Shown here piece by piece: positions 51,583-61,052 of a DNA stretch of 64,000 nucleotides. The position numbers and the translations under genes are program-made. Every line of letters begins with the position of its first letter. Position 1 is the first letter of the stretch. The stretch lies in the NCBI GenBank assembly GCA_965223905.1, contig CBDCXV010000005.1, forward strand, positions 1 through 64,000, given 5' to 3'. This stretch comes from Candidatus Latescibacterota bacterium. Its GTDB lineage: Bacteria; Latescibacterota; UBA2968; UBA8231. A model generated the notes under the pieces. The model ran no database searches, was not told the DNA's origin, and was given only the letters and a program-made list of their open reading frames with translations.

Positions 51583-52880
51583 TCGCTCACTTGTGCCGCC
51601 TGGCGTGGAACCGGCGGCGGACCCATCTGTTGCTCGTCGGCGAGCTCTTCCTGTCGTTCCTGGTGCTGACCCCCCTGGTTGTGGCCTGTGTACTCTTCGC
51701 GGCGGAGCAGCTGAAGCCGCTGGGATTCCAGCACGAGGGCGTGTGGTCGGTCGGGTTGCTGGATCAGACCCCCCCTCCCCCCTTGGACCGGGGCAAGGAT
51801 AGGGAACAAGCTATAGCAGAGGCTAAAGCAGAGTACGTAGCAGAGTACCTGGGCAGTATCGAACTAGTGGGGAGAGAGCTGCGCGCCCTCGACCAGGTCC
51901 AGGCGGCAGCCCTCGCCAGCGAAGCGCCACTCTTTCTCTCGCCGGCCCCCTGGAACGGGATCCCGTACGTCCACATCTCGGATGAGGGGTTGGAGGTATT
52001 GAGGCCGCGGCTCCTGAGCGGGCGCTGGTTCCAGCCCGAAGACGAGGCCCTGGACTGGACGCCGGCCGTCATCGACCAGGAGTTGAGCCGCGTGCTGTTT
52101 GGCGACGAAGATCCCCTGGGAAAAGTCCTGGCAGACTCGCCGGTATTCGATCTCGATCTGCAAGAGGAGTTCGATTCCCCTACCCCGGACCGGGTCCGCG
52201 TGGTAGGGGTCGTGGAGGACTGTTTCTATTTCGGGAAATTCAATGTGGCCGATGAACCAGTACCAGGTTTCATCTTCCTGCGGATTTCCAACCAGTGGCT
52301 TGCAAATTCGGTGACCAACGGGTGCTACTTCCTCGTAAGATCCTATCCGGGCACGGGACCGGCCGTCGGCGAAACGCTCACATCGCGGATCCAGGCCGTC
52401 GTCCCGGCGGGGCGGACTGTGCGGTTGGATGTGGATTTACTGGCGGCGATCAGGGAGGCTGATCGTCTGTTCAAACTGCAGAGGGTGGGGTCCACGGCTC
52501 GGATCAGCGGTCTGTTGACGCTCATGGTGGCACTGGGACTGACCGGCATGACGTGGCAAAACGTGCGCCGCCGCACCCGGGAGATCGGTATACGGCGGGC
52601 TGTGGGAGCGCCCGGCGGCCGCATCTACGGACAGTTCCTGGGAGAACTGGCGGTGCTGGTGACCGTGGCCATCACCTTGGGCTGTGTTGTGATTCTCCAA
52701 TTCGGGCTGTTGGAGATGTTGGGTCCCACGATCTTCTGGAGCCAGTTGCCGACCTATGTAGTCGCCTGGGGCCTGGGAGCGACGGCGCTCGCGCTATATC
52801 TGCTGGTGTTGCTCTGCGGACTATACCCGAGCTGGCTGGCGGCGCGCGTGCGTCCGGTGGAGGCCCTGCATTACGAGTAA
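51579..52880 (+). CDS. MacB/FtsX-type permease, type B copy 1
   Basis: ATGA overlap; MIAHLCRLAWNRR; RRTREIGIRRAVGA; YPSWLAARVRP. Confidence 0.9.
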   Translation: MIAHLCRLAWNRRRTHLLLVGELFLSFLVLTPLVVACVLFAAEQLKPLGFQHEGVWSVGLLDQTPPPPLDRGKDREQAIAEAKAEYVAEYLGSIELVGRELRALDQVQAAALASEAPLFLSPAPWNGIPYVHISDEGLEVLRPRLLSGRWFQPEDEALDWTPAVIDQELSRVLFGDEDPLGKVLADSPVFDLDLQEEFDSPTPDRVRVVGVVEDCFYFGKFNVADEPVPGFIFLRISNQWLANSVTNGCYFLVRSYPGTGPAVGETLTSRIQAVVPAGRTVRLDVDLLAAIREADRLFKLQRVGSTARISGLLTLMVALGLTGMTWQNVRRRTREIGIRRAVGAPGGRIYGQFLGELAVLVTVAITLGCVVILQFGLLEMLGPTIFWSQLPTYVVAWGLGATALALYLLVLLCGLYPSWLAARVRPVEALHYE

Positions 52881-52900
52881 TCTTGTATTAAGGAGACACC

Positions 52901-54199
52901 ATGCTGAAGAACTACCTGAAGGTCGCCCTCAAGGTGTTCTGGCGGCACAAGTTCTTCACCGGGGTCAACCTGTTCGGGATCTGTTTCACCCTCGTGGTGC
53001 TGATGCTGGCGGCGGCCTTCATCGACCAGGAAACCGGGCCGATCCCGCCCGAGGTCCACAGCGACCGCACCCTGCACCTCGGCTGGCTGATTGTGCAGCA
53101 CGATTCATCCGATCCTCCCAGAAGACGAGGGATTACCCGGCCCGGGTACGCCTTTCTCGATCGCTACGCGCGCCGGCTCCGGACCGCCGAAAACGTCACG
53201 GTGTTCTCCAATGCCGACTACCGGGGGCATCAGGGCGGCGCGGAGGAGGGGTATGTGAGTGTGAGAATGACCGATGCTGCGTACTGGGAGGTCTTCCGCT
53301 TCGACTTTATCCAGGGCCGGCCCTATGGCGCCGAAGAAGTGGAGGCCGGCGATTTCGTCGCCGTGATCAGCTCCGACTTCGGCAGACGCTTCTTCGGCTC
53401 GGAAGCGGTAGTTGGCAAGAGCGTGCCCATCGACGGGCAGAACTACCGAGTCGTCGGCGTGGTGGCCGATTTTCTCATGCGCACGAGAACGCGCGCCGAT
53501 GTCTGGGTGCCGGTGACGACCGCTCCTCCCGAGACATGGCGAACCTACAAGCTCAGGGGGGAATTCAAGGCCGCGGTGCTGGCGGCCCGGCAGGAGGACA
53601 TGGAGCGCATACGGGGGGAATTGGCCGCCGTGATGAAGCAGGTGGAACCTCCACCCGGTGAGCCCTTCAATCTCATCGCTGTATCCGCACCGCTGTTCAC
53701 GACATGGGAGGAATGGGCGTGCGAGGCAAAGTCGGATTGTATGGACGATTATGAAGAAGGCGAGGATCCACAGCAGGCCGCCGCCGCTCAACTGCGGTTG
53801 TGGCTGTTTACCCTGGGAAGCTACATGCTGCTCTTCATGCTTCTGCCGGCGCTCCACCTCGTCAATCTCAACATCGGCCGCATCGAGGAGCGCACCTCCG
53901 AGATCGGGGTGCGCAAGTCGTTCGGGGCTTCGACCCGCACCCTGGTGGGGCAGTTCGTCGTCGAAAACGTGCTGCTCACCCTGATCGGCGCGGGCCTCAG
54001 CCTGCCCCTCAGCTGGGGCATACTGACACTGGTTTCCCTGGGCGGCCTGGTTTACATGGATGCCGGGGTACTGCTCCGCACCTTCCTCTACGGGGTGTTG
54101 CTCGCCCTGTTCTTCGGCACGATCTCCGGAGCCTGGCCAGCCTGGAAGATGGCGCGCCTGCATCCCGTCAAGGCGTTGACGGGGAGGAGGGAAGGATGA
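52901..54199 (+). CDS. MacB/FtsX-type permease, type A copy 2
   Basis: Same termini as copy 1; AAGGAG RBS. Confidence 0.9.
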   Translation: MLKNYLKVALKVFWRHKFFTGVNLFGICFTLVVLMLAAAFIDQETGPIPPEVHSDRTLHLGWLIVQHDSSDPPRRRGITRPGYAFLDRYARRLRTAENVTVFSNADYRGHQGGAEEGYVSVRMTDAAYWEVFRFDFIQGRPYGAEEVEAGDFVAVISSDFGRRFFGSEAVVGKSVPIDGQNYRVVGVVADFLMRTRTRADVWVPVTTAPPETWRTYKLRGEFKAAVLAARQEDMERIRGELAAVMKQVEPPPGEPFNLIAVSAPLFTTWEEWACEAKSDCMDDYEEGEDPQQAAAAQLRLWLFTLGSYMLLFMLLPALHLVNLNIGRIEERTSEIGVRKSFGASTRTLVGQFVVENVLLTLIGAGLSLPLSWGILTLVSLGGLVYMDAGVLLRTFLYGVLLALFFGTISGAWPAWKMARLHPVKALTGRREG

Positions 54200-55446
54200 T
54201 CGCTCACCTGTGCCGCTTGGCCTGGAACCGGAAGCGGACCAATCTCCTGCTCGTTGCCGAGCTCTTCCTGTCGTTCCTGGTGCTGACCCCCCTGGTCGCC
54301 GGCTGGGTCCTGTTCGCTGCGGAGGAGGTGAAGCCGCTAGGCTTCGAGTACGAGGATGTGTGGTCCGTCAGGTTGTCAGGGGGGGATCTCTTCGGCGAGG
54401 GCGGAGAACAGGCAAGGGAAGAGTACCGGCGCAATATCGAGCTGGTGAGGCGGGAAATCCGGGCGCTCGACCAGGTCGGCGCAGTGGCCTTGGCCAGTGA
54501 AGCGCCGTTTCGCTTCCCGCAGTCGTGGGAGGGGATTACTTCCGTCTATATCTCGGAGGAAGGACTGGAGGTTCTCGGACTGAAGCTGCTCGACGGGCGC
54601 TGGTTCGGGCCCGGGGACGAGGCCCTCGACTGGACGCCGGCAGTCATCGATCAGACGCTGAGCCGGGCGCTGTTTGGCGACGAAGACCCGCTGGGCAAAG
54701 CAATCGGGGACTCACAAGTGATAGAAGTCGACCCGCAGGACAACTCCTTTCCCATTCCCCCCAGCCCCGACCGGATCCGCGTCGTCGGGGTCGTGGAGAA
54801 CTGTTTCTATTACAAGGAGTACGGAAATACCGCAGTGCAGGGCTTTGTCTTCCTGCGGTTTTCGATGAAAGACTGGCTTGTCTCTCCAACGCAGAGTTGG
54901 CTCAATTTTCTCGTGAAGCCGTATCCGGGCACGGGACTGGAGTCCGGCGAAACACTCAGTTCCAAGATCAAAGCGGTCGTCCCGGCGGAGCAGTCCGTTC
55001 GGTTCTACGTCGAGTCCCTTGCGGAGCGCTGGGAGGATGATCGTCTGGATCGGCTTCAGGTACTTGGCTTCATCGCCGTGATCAGCGGCCTGATGATGCT
55101 GATGGTGGCGCTGGGCCTGACCGGCATGATGTGGCAGAACGTGCGCCGCCGCACCCGGGAGATCGGCATCCGGCGGGCCGTGGGGGCGCCCGGCGATAGC
55201 ATCTACGGCCAGTTCCTGGGCGAGCTGGCGGTGCTGGTGTCCGCTGCCATTGCACTGGGCTGTCTGCCGATCTTTCAGTTCGGCCTCTTGGAATTGGTGT
55301 TGGGAAGCCGGGTGCCGGCCTGGGTGGCCGCCAGCGGAGTGGGGGCCACGGCGCTCGTTCTTTTTTCAGTGGTGATGATGTGCGGGCTATACCCCAGTTG
55401 GCTGGCGGCGCGCGTGCGCCCCGCCCAGGCGTTGCATCACGACTGA
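54196..55446 (+). CDS. MacB/FtsX-type permease, type B copy 2
   Basis: ATGA overlap; same termini as B1. Confidence 0.9.
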   Translation: MIAHLCRLAWNRKRTNLLLVAELFLSFLVLTPLVAGWVLFAAEEVKPLGFEYEDVWSVRLSGGDLFGEGGEQAREEYRRNIELVRREIRALDQVGAVALASEAPFRFPQSWEGITSVYISEEGLEVLGLKLLDGRWFGPGDEALDWTPAVIDQTLSRALFGDEDPLGKAIGDSQVIEVDPQDNSFPIPPSPDRIRVVGVVENCFYYKEYGNTAVQGFVFLRFSMKDWLVSPTQSWLNFLVKPYPGTGLESGETLSSKIKAVVPAEQSVRFYVESLAERWEDDRLDRLQVLGFIAVISGLMMLMVALGLTGMMWQNVRRRTREIGIRRAVGAPGDSIYGQFLGELAVLVSAAIALGCLPIFQFGLLELVLGSRVPAWVAASGVGATALVLFSVVMMCGLYPSWLAARVRPAQALHHD

Positions 55447-55486
55447 GTGGATCTGGGGATCAGCCTCTTGCAAAAGGAGGTAACTT

Positions 55487-56077
55487 ATGAAAATGTCGCC
55501 GATGATCTTTGTGCTGGGTGTTTTGCATGTAACGTGGAACGTCCCCGTAGAGGCAGAGCCCCGATTTGGAGTTCCCGAATTTCCCCAGGAGCGGAAACAT
55601 CTGGGATTTGTCCTGGCGCAGGGGCCCTCGGGAGAGCACCAGGCAGCCCTGCCCGAGTATACGAGGGACCAGGGGCTGCTCGACGGAGAGCTGGCAGCTG
55701 AATTCAAGGGGACAAAGCGGTGGTGGCTGTCTGGCTATATAAGCGGCCTCGGCATAGTCGGCCTGGTTGGTTTGGGCGTGGCTGAACTGAAAGGGACCAA
55801 TTGGTGGTGGTTGTCCGGCCATCTGATCGGGTACGGCATAATGGGCCTGGTTGTACAAAACGAATTCTTTGCCGGTAGTAGTGATGCACCATTGTCGAAA
55901 GAGGCATATCAAACCATACGGGGAAAGGGGAATGGTTATGTCGAAGGTTTCAGGGACGGCTATCATAGGCGGATTCGCGAGAGGAGAGAGGCAAGCAACA
56001 GGGATGGTTCTTTTTGGGGAATCGGAACTGTGACCGGTGTACTGACCGCAGGTGCAATTCTCATGATGGTTGACTGA
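55487..56077 (+). CDS. Orphan exported/membrane protein with a 28-aa internal duplication
   Basis: AAGGAGGT RBS; hydrophobic N- and C-termini; AEFKGTKRWWLSG.. / AELKGTNWWWLSG..; AT-rich. Confidence 0.7.
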   Translation: MKMSPMIFVLGVLHVTWNVPVEAEPRFGVPEFPQERKHLGFVLAQGPSGEHQAALPEYTRDQGLLDGELAAEFKGTKRWWLSGYISGLGIVGLVGLGVAELKGTNWWWLSGHLIGYGIMGLVVQNEFFAGSSDAPLSKEAYQTIRGKGNGYVEGFRDGYHRRIRERREASNRDGSFWGIGTVTGVLTAGAILMMVD

Positions 56078-56139
56078 CTGCGGTGGTATCGAGGTACAAC
56101 AATCAGCTATGAGTAACCCACCACCAGGGCATCCCCGAG

Positions 56140-56165
56140 CGCACCGGGCGCACGGTGCGGCTTTT
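56140..56165 (+). terminator. Possible weak intrinsic terminator
   Basis: CGCACCG-GGCGCA-CGGTGCG followed by GCTTTT. Confidence 0.35.
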
Positions 56166-56197
56166 CCGCGGCAGGCAGGCCAATTGAGGAGGAGGAG

Positions 56198-57496
56198 ATG
56201 CTGAAGAACTACGTGAAGGTCGCCCTCAAGGTGTTCTGGCGGCACAAGTTCTTCACCGCCGTCAACCTGCTGGGGATATGCTCCACGCTGATCGCGTCGA
56301 TTACGGCGACGATGATCCTCGATATGGAAATCGGGCAAGTAACAGGGAACGCGCCGCCGGAGATCCACAACGACCGCACCTTGCATCTCTCGACGATGGT
56401 GATAGGGAATCGCACCGGCCGGGGTTTCAGGTGGGGGATGTCGGCTGGTTACGCTTTTCTGGACCGGTATGTGCGGACGCTCGAGACCGCGGAGAACGTG
56501 GCGATCTTCTCCAAGCGTCCAGAGACCCGGGGGTTGCAGGGTGGGGCAGAGGAGGCCGGTGTGGCAGTGCGATCGACTGATGCCGCTTTCTGGGAGGTCT
56601 TCAGCTTCGACTTCATCCAGGGCCGCCCCTATACCGCAGCCGAAGTCGAAGCCGGGGATTTCGTCGCCGTCATCAGCGACAGCTTTGCCAAGCGGTTCTT
56701 CGGATCGACCGAGGTCGTGGGAAAAAGCGTGCCTCTCGACGGGCAGCCTCACCGCGTCGCCGGCGTAGTCGCCCCTGGCCGCAGCCAAAGGGTGAGCTCC
56801 CGCACCGATGTATGGGTGCCGCTGACCACGGCGCCGGCCCGGGAGTGGCGTCCCTACCGGCTGACGGGTGGAATGAATTTATGTGCCGCGGTGCTGGCGC
56901 CGCGGCCGGAGGACAAGGAGCGCATACGGGCGGAATTCGCCGCGGTGCTGCCGCGGGTAGAGCCGGTGGAAGAGGATTCCCTGCTACTCGCCCCGCTCGT
57001 CACCGCGTTCGAGGAATGGGTGATCGAAACCGACTGGAAGCAGCTCGCGGATGCCGGTCCTGAATGGCGGTGGGCCATCGCCGGTCTCGTTCTGCGGAAG
57101 GTGCTGATCGCCGCAGGCGTCGTGCTGCTGATCCTGTTGCTACCCGTGCTGCACCTGGTAAACATCAACATCAGCCGCATCGAGGAGCGCGCCGCCGAGA
57201 TCGGCGTCCGCAAGGCATTCGGCGGGTCGTCGCGGACGCTCGTCGGGCAGTTCATCGCCGAAAACGTGCTGCTGACACTGGTGGGCGGGCTGCTGAGCCT
57301 GCCGTTCAGCTGGGGCCTTTGGGTACACATCGTCGCGGATTTTGCTCCGGGCACCCTCAACATCCTGCTCCTGCTCCGCACCTTCGCTTACGGCACGCTG
57401 TGCGCGGTGCTTTTTGGTGCGCTGTCCGGCGCGTATCCGGCCTGGAAAATGGCGCGCCTGCACCCCGTGCAGGCCCTGACCGGGAGGAGAATATGA
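56198..57496 (+). CDS. MacB/FtsX-type permease, type A copy 3
   Basis: MLKNYVKVALKVFWRHK; ERAAEIGVRKAFG; PAWKMARLHPV. Confidence 0.9.
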   Translation: MLKNYVKVALKVFWRHKFFTAVNLLGICSTLIASITATMILDMEIGQVTGNAPPEIHNDRTLHLSTMVIGNRTGRGFRWGMSAGYAFLDRYVRTLETAENVAIFSKRPETRGLQGGAEEAGVAVRSTDAAFWEVFSFDFIQGRPYTAAEVEAGDFVAVISDSFAKRFFGSTEVVGKSVPLDGQPHRVAGVVAPGRSQRVSSRTDVWVPLTTAPAREWRPYRLTGGMNLCAAVLAPRPEDKERIRAEFAAVLPRVEPVEEDSLLLAPLVTAFEEWVIETDWKQLADAGPEWRWAIAGLVLRKVLIAAGVVLLILLLPVLHLVNINISRIEERAAEIGVRKAFGGSSRTLVGQFIAENVLLTLVGGLLSLPFSWGLWVHIVADFAPGTLNILLLLRTFAYGTLCAVLFGALSGAYPAWKMARLHPVQALTGRRI

Positions 57497-58773
57497 TTGC
57501 CCACCTGTGTCGCTTGGCGTGGAACCGGCGGCGAACCAACCTGTTGCTTATTGGGGAACTGACGCTGGTTTTTTTGATCGTGGCGCTCATGGGCGTCGGC
57601 TGGGTGTTGTTCGCAGTCGAGAACCTGGAGCCGCTCGGCTTCGAGTACGAGGATGTGCGGGCGGTCAACCTGGGTAGGCACGGTTGGAAGCCAGACCCAG
57701 GCGAAGAGCAGTCGTCCGCCTTGGGGTACACCATCAAACTGGTCTGGCGAGAAATTCAGGCACTCGGCCCGGTCGAGTCCGTCGCCCTTGCCAAGCAGTT
57801 ACCGTTCGGAAGTAGCGGCGTGTGGAACTGGATTACCTCGGTCAACATCTCCAGGGAGGGGTTGGAAACGCTGGGGCTGCAGATGCACAGCGGGCGCTGG
57901 TTCGAGCCGGAGGACGAGACGCTCTCGGGCAACTGGCATCCGGTCGTCATTGACCTGAGGCTCAGTCGCGCACTCTTCGGCGACCAGGACCCGCTGGGCA
58001 AGGTCATCGAGGACGCACCAATAATAAAAGAGAAGATCAAACAGGATGGATATATCCGGAAGAGCACGACAGGGGTTTTTCCTCGGTTCACCAAGTCCCT
58101 CGTTGTGGGTGTCGTGGAAAATTGCTCCTATTTCGGAACATACGGGGACTCAGAGAGCGAAGTGCCGGGCACCCTCTTTTTGTTTTTTTCCAACGCGCTA
58201 GTCAATACGCTCGATTCAAACACCGACGTCCATCTCCTCGTAAAAACCCGTTTGGGGAGCGGACCGGACTTCGGCGAAAAGCTCAGAACCAAAGTGCGGG
58301 CGGTCGTTCCGGCGGACCAGGCCATACGCTTTAACGTGCGCTCTCTGGCGGAGATGCATGACAATACTCAAGCCAAAAGGATCCAGCGGCTTAAATTTAC
58401 CGCCCTGCTCAGCAGCCTGCTGATGCTCATGGTGGTCCTGGGTCTGACCGGCATAATGTGGCAGAACGTGCGCCGCCGCACCCGGGAGATCGGCGTCCGC
58501 CGGGCGGTGGGGGCCGCCGCCGGCAACATCTACAGCCTGTTCCTCGGCGAGCTGGCCGTGCTGGCGACCGCGGCCATCGCCCTGGGCTGCGTGCCCATCC
58601 TCCAATTTGATCTGCCAGATTTGCTGCTGAACAGCTGGATACCGATCCATGTCGCCATCGGCGGGCTGGCCGCGGGTGCCGTGGTGCTCTATCTGCTGGT
58701 GCTGCTGTGCGGGCTATACCCCAGTTGGCTGGCGGCGCGCGTGCGCCCGGCCGAGGCCCTGCACTACGAATGA
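57493..58773 (+). CDS. MacB/FtsX-type permease, type B copy 3
   Basis: ATGA overlap; MIAHLCRLAWNRR; YPSWLAARVRPAEALHYE. Confidence 0.9.
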   Translation: MIAHLCRLAWNRRRTNLLLIGELTLVFLIVALMGVGWVLFAVENLEPLGFEYEDVRAVNLGRHGWKPDPGEEQSSALGYTIKLVWREIQALGPVESVALAKQLPFGSSGVWNWITSVNISREGLETLGLQMHSGRWFEPEDETLSGNWHPVVIDLRLSRALFGDQDPLGKVIEDAPIIKEKIKQDGYIRKSTTGVFPRFTKSLVVGVVENCSYFGTYGDSESEVPGTLFLFFSNALVNTLDSNTDVHLLVKTRLGSGPDFGEKLRTKVRAVVPADQAIRFNVRSLAEMHDNTQAKRIQRLKFTALLSSLLMLMVVLGLTGIMWQNVRRRTREIGVRRAVGAAAGNIYSLFLGELAVLATAAIALGCVPILQFDLPDLLLNSWIPIHVAIGGLAAGAVVLYLLVLLCGLYPSWLAARVRPAEALHYE

Positions 58774-58807
58774 GTGGTGTATGGGAGGAACAACCTGAAA
58801 GGAGATA

Positions 58808-60478
58808 CCTGAATCCGTGATCGCTTTTATAGCGAGTGATCAAATTTGATATTTAAGCTGGGTCATGTACTTGTCAACAGAGGATTTGGGTGTCAACGAC
58901 AGGCCATTACGTCGGATTCCGCTACCGATGGCTCTCCAAGTCGATAGGAGTCGCAAGAGCGCGCATACGCGTGCCTTGAGTGCTCCGGGAAGTCGAGGGC
59001 GGGGGAAGTCGTCGCCTTCAGGCACACACTCTCAGGTAGGTCCGTCTCCAGACATCGAACCAGGGGTTGAAACACCCGAAGCTGAGGCCGAAACGGCGCC
59101 CATGCCGGACCCAGCGAGCGGCTTGGTACATGAGATCCAGAATGACCGTGCGGAGCCGACGACGGCCGGCCTTTTTACGAAAAGTCACGTGCTTTTCGGG
59201 GGGCAGGCGGCGCGCCTCGCGCAGGCTGGTCTGGCCGCACAGGCGCAGGGTGTTGTAGGCCATCATGGCCAGCAGCAACACCAGGGCGTTGGTGGCGAAC
59301 TTGCCCGACGGCAGGCGTTCGAGGTCCATGTCCGTTTTCAGCTCGGAGTGGAATTGCTCGCAGGTGCCGTGCTCGCGGTAGAGCCGGATCACGTCCTCGG
59401 GCGCCGCGGCCAGGTTCGACCACCAGGTCTGCACCTCGATGTCGGGGATCAGCAGCGCCTGACCCTCGGCGCTGATCGTGCGCCGCACGACCTCGAAAAC
59501 GACCCGTTCGAAGATCCCCTGTCGCTCCGCTACCAGCGCCCCGGTGAAGAGTTCCTTGCCGGGCCGCGGACAGGTGCGCTGGCCCAGGGCCTGGGCCTCC
59601 TCCAGCCACGTCTGCTTCGATTCGTGGCGCAGGTTGCGCTTGACGATGAAGTCGGTCTTGGGCGTGCGCCGCAGCTGCCGTACGGTGGCGATGTCGTCGT
59701 GGGCGCTGTCCATGCGCACCAGCAGCTTTTCGCCGGTGATACGGCGCGCCAGCCGCAGCGTCTCTCGAAGAAAGTCCGGGGCTCCTTGCTGGGAGTGCTG
59801 GCTACCCTGCCGCAGCTGGCAGTTGATCAGGTACCCTTCCTGGCCCAGGTAGGCGAAGATCGGGGCAAAGCCGTCGACCTTCTTGTAGGTCCACGACACC
59901 CCTTGTTTTTTGGTGTGGGAGTTGTCGAACACCGACACGTCGATATCGAGCGCGATCCAGGGACCGCAGCGCCCGTCGGCGACTTCGTAACAGGGGGTGA
60001 TCGGCGGCGCGTGACGGGCCACCATGTCGGCCGACTCCTCTCGAATCGCGGCTTCCACCGGTCCGGACAAGCCATCGAGCCGCTGCCGCAGGGTGGCCGC
60101 CGACGGCACCGCTTCCAGGCCCAGCGCCTGGCAGAAAAAGGGGTCCGCACGAAACCCTTCCACGGCCTCGAAATCCGGCTTGCCCAGCGCCAGCAAGCCG
60201 ATCATCGACGCCATCACGTCACCGTGAGAAACCTCGGGATGGGGTCGTTCCGGCAAGATGATCTCATCCACCCGCGCTGCCAGGCGCGTGCGTCCCATCA
60301 AGGCCCCGATCAAGGCCAAGCCCGAATGCGACGTCAGCGCTTCTTCGCCCTGCGTAATTTGAAACGAAACCGGTCTCAATTCTTCACCTCCAAGGTGAGT
60401 CAAAATCCTCCTTTACTATACCCTGGATTCCCCTCGGAAAGCAACCAAAAATCAGGCTCTCGGCTTCACGGATTCAGG
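58808..60478 (-). mobile_element. Intact IS1380-family insertion sequence (1671 bp)
   Basis: 13-bp perfect TIR CCTGAATCCGTGA (58808-20) / TCACGGATTCAGG (60466-78); 5-bp TSD AGATA at 58803-07 and 60479-83. Confidence 0.93.
59018..60379 (-). CDS. IS1380-family DDE transposase
   Basis: TSHSGL, VPSAATLRQRL, LDIDVS, VRMDSA, YREHGTCEQFHSELK, LPSGKFATN; TTG 60379 after GGAGGTG. Confidence 0.92.
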   Translation of the reverse strand: MRPVSFQITQGEEALTSHSGLALIGALMGRTRLAARVDEIILPERPHPEVSHGDVMASMIGLLALGKPDFEAVEGFRADPFFCQALGLEAVPSAATLRQRLDGLSGPVEAAIREESADMVARHAPPITPCYEVADGRCGPWIALDIDVSVFDNSHTKKQGVSWTYKKVDGFAPIFAYLGQEGYLINCQLRQGSQHSQQGAPDFLRETLRLARRITGEKLLVRMDSAHDDIATVRQLRRTPKTDFIVKRNLRHESKQTWLEEAQALGQRTCPRPGKELFTGALVAERQGIFERVVFEVVRRTISAEGQALLIPDIEVQTWWSNLAAAPEDVIRLYREHGTCEQFHSELKTDMDLERLPSGKFATNALVLLLAMMAYNTLRLCGQTSLREARRLPPEKHVTFRKKAGRRRLRTVILDLMYQAARWVRHGRRFGLSFGCFNPWFDVWRRTYLRVCA

Positions 60479-60486
60479 AGATAGAT

Positions 60487-60987
60487 ATGCCCTACGTCTG
60501 CTACGCCGTACTAATTTTCACCTTCGCCAGTACGTCCTGTGTACAAACCACCAAGGCCGCGATTTACGGGATCAAGAGAGGGGTTGTACCTTCTCCTTCG
60601 GGGGACTACGACCTGAATGCCCTCGAGGTCATATACGCACCCGAACGGATCGAAGTGGGTAACGAGGTGATCTTTAAGGCCTTTTACGATAACCGTGGGA
60701 ATACCACTGTTCCAAAAAGATCCTTCCATGCTGAATTGCTCATCAATGAACGGAGAGCATTCATTGACTACGAACCGGGCCCTGTCCCCAAAACCATGAA
60801 CATGAGAGAAATCATACCAACTGCTGCTGGCAATTTTTATCAAGTAGGTTTCAAACCGACTGAACCGGGGACCTATCACTATAAGTTTGTTCTCGATCGG
60901 GCTGACCATCTTCCTGAGACCGACGAGAGGAACAATGTGGTAGAAGGTACATTCGTTGTAATCGGCGGCAGCGGTGAGAGATACTGA
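60487..60987 (+). CDS. Orphan exported (possible lipo)protein with CARDB-like Ig domain
   Basis: Hydrophobic leader ending ASTSC; NRGN, LDRADHLPETDERNN; AT-rich. Confidence 0.7.
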   Translation: MPYVCYAVLIFTFASTSCVQTTKAAIYGIKRGVVPSPSGDYDLNALEVIYAPERIEVGNEVIFKAFYDNRGNTTVPKRSFHAELLINERRAFIDYEPGPVPKTMNMREIIPTAAGNFYQVGFKPTEPGTYHYKFVLDRADHLPETDERNNVVEGTFVVIGGSGERY

Positions 60988-61052
60988 AAGGATTCTGGGA
61001 AAGACCTCAGTGAGATCGTAGCCCGCACACGGACCATGTAGGACGATCAGCT

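Noticed and set aside
50266-58773. Diversity-generating retroelement as the source of permease variation
   Set aside because: No reverse transcriptase or template repeat in the window; differences include indels and all base types, not adenine-specific changes
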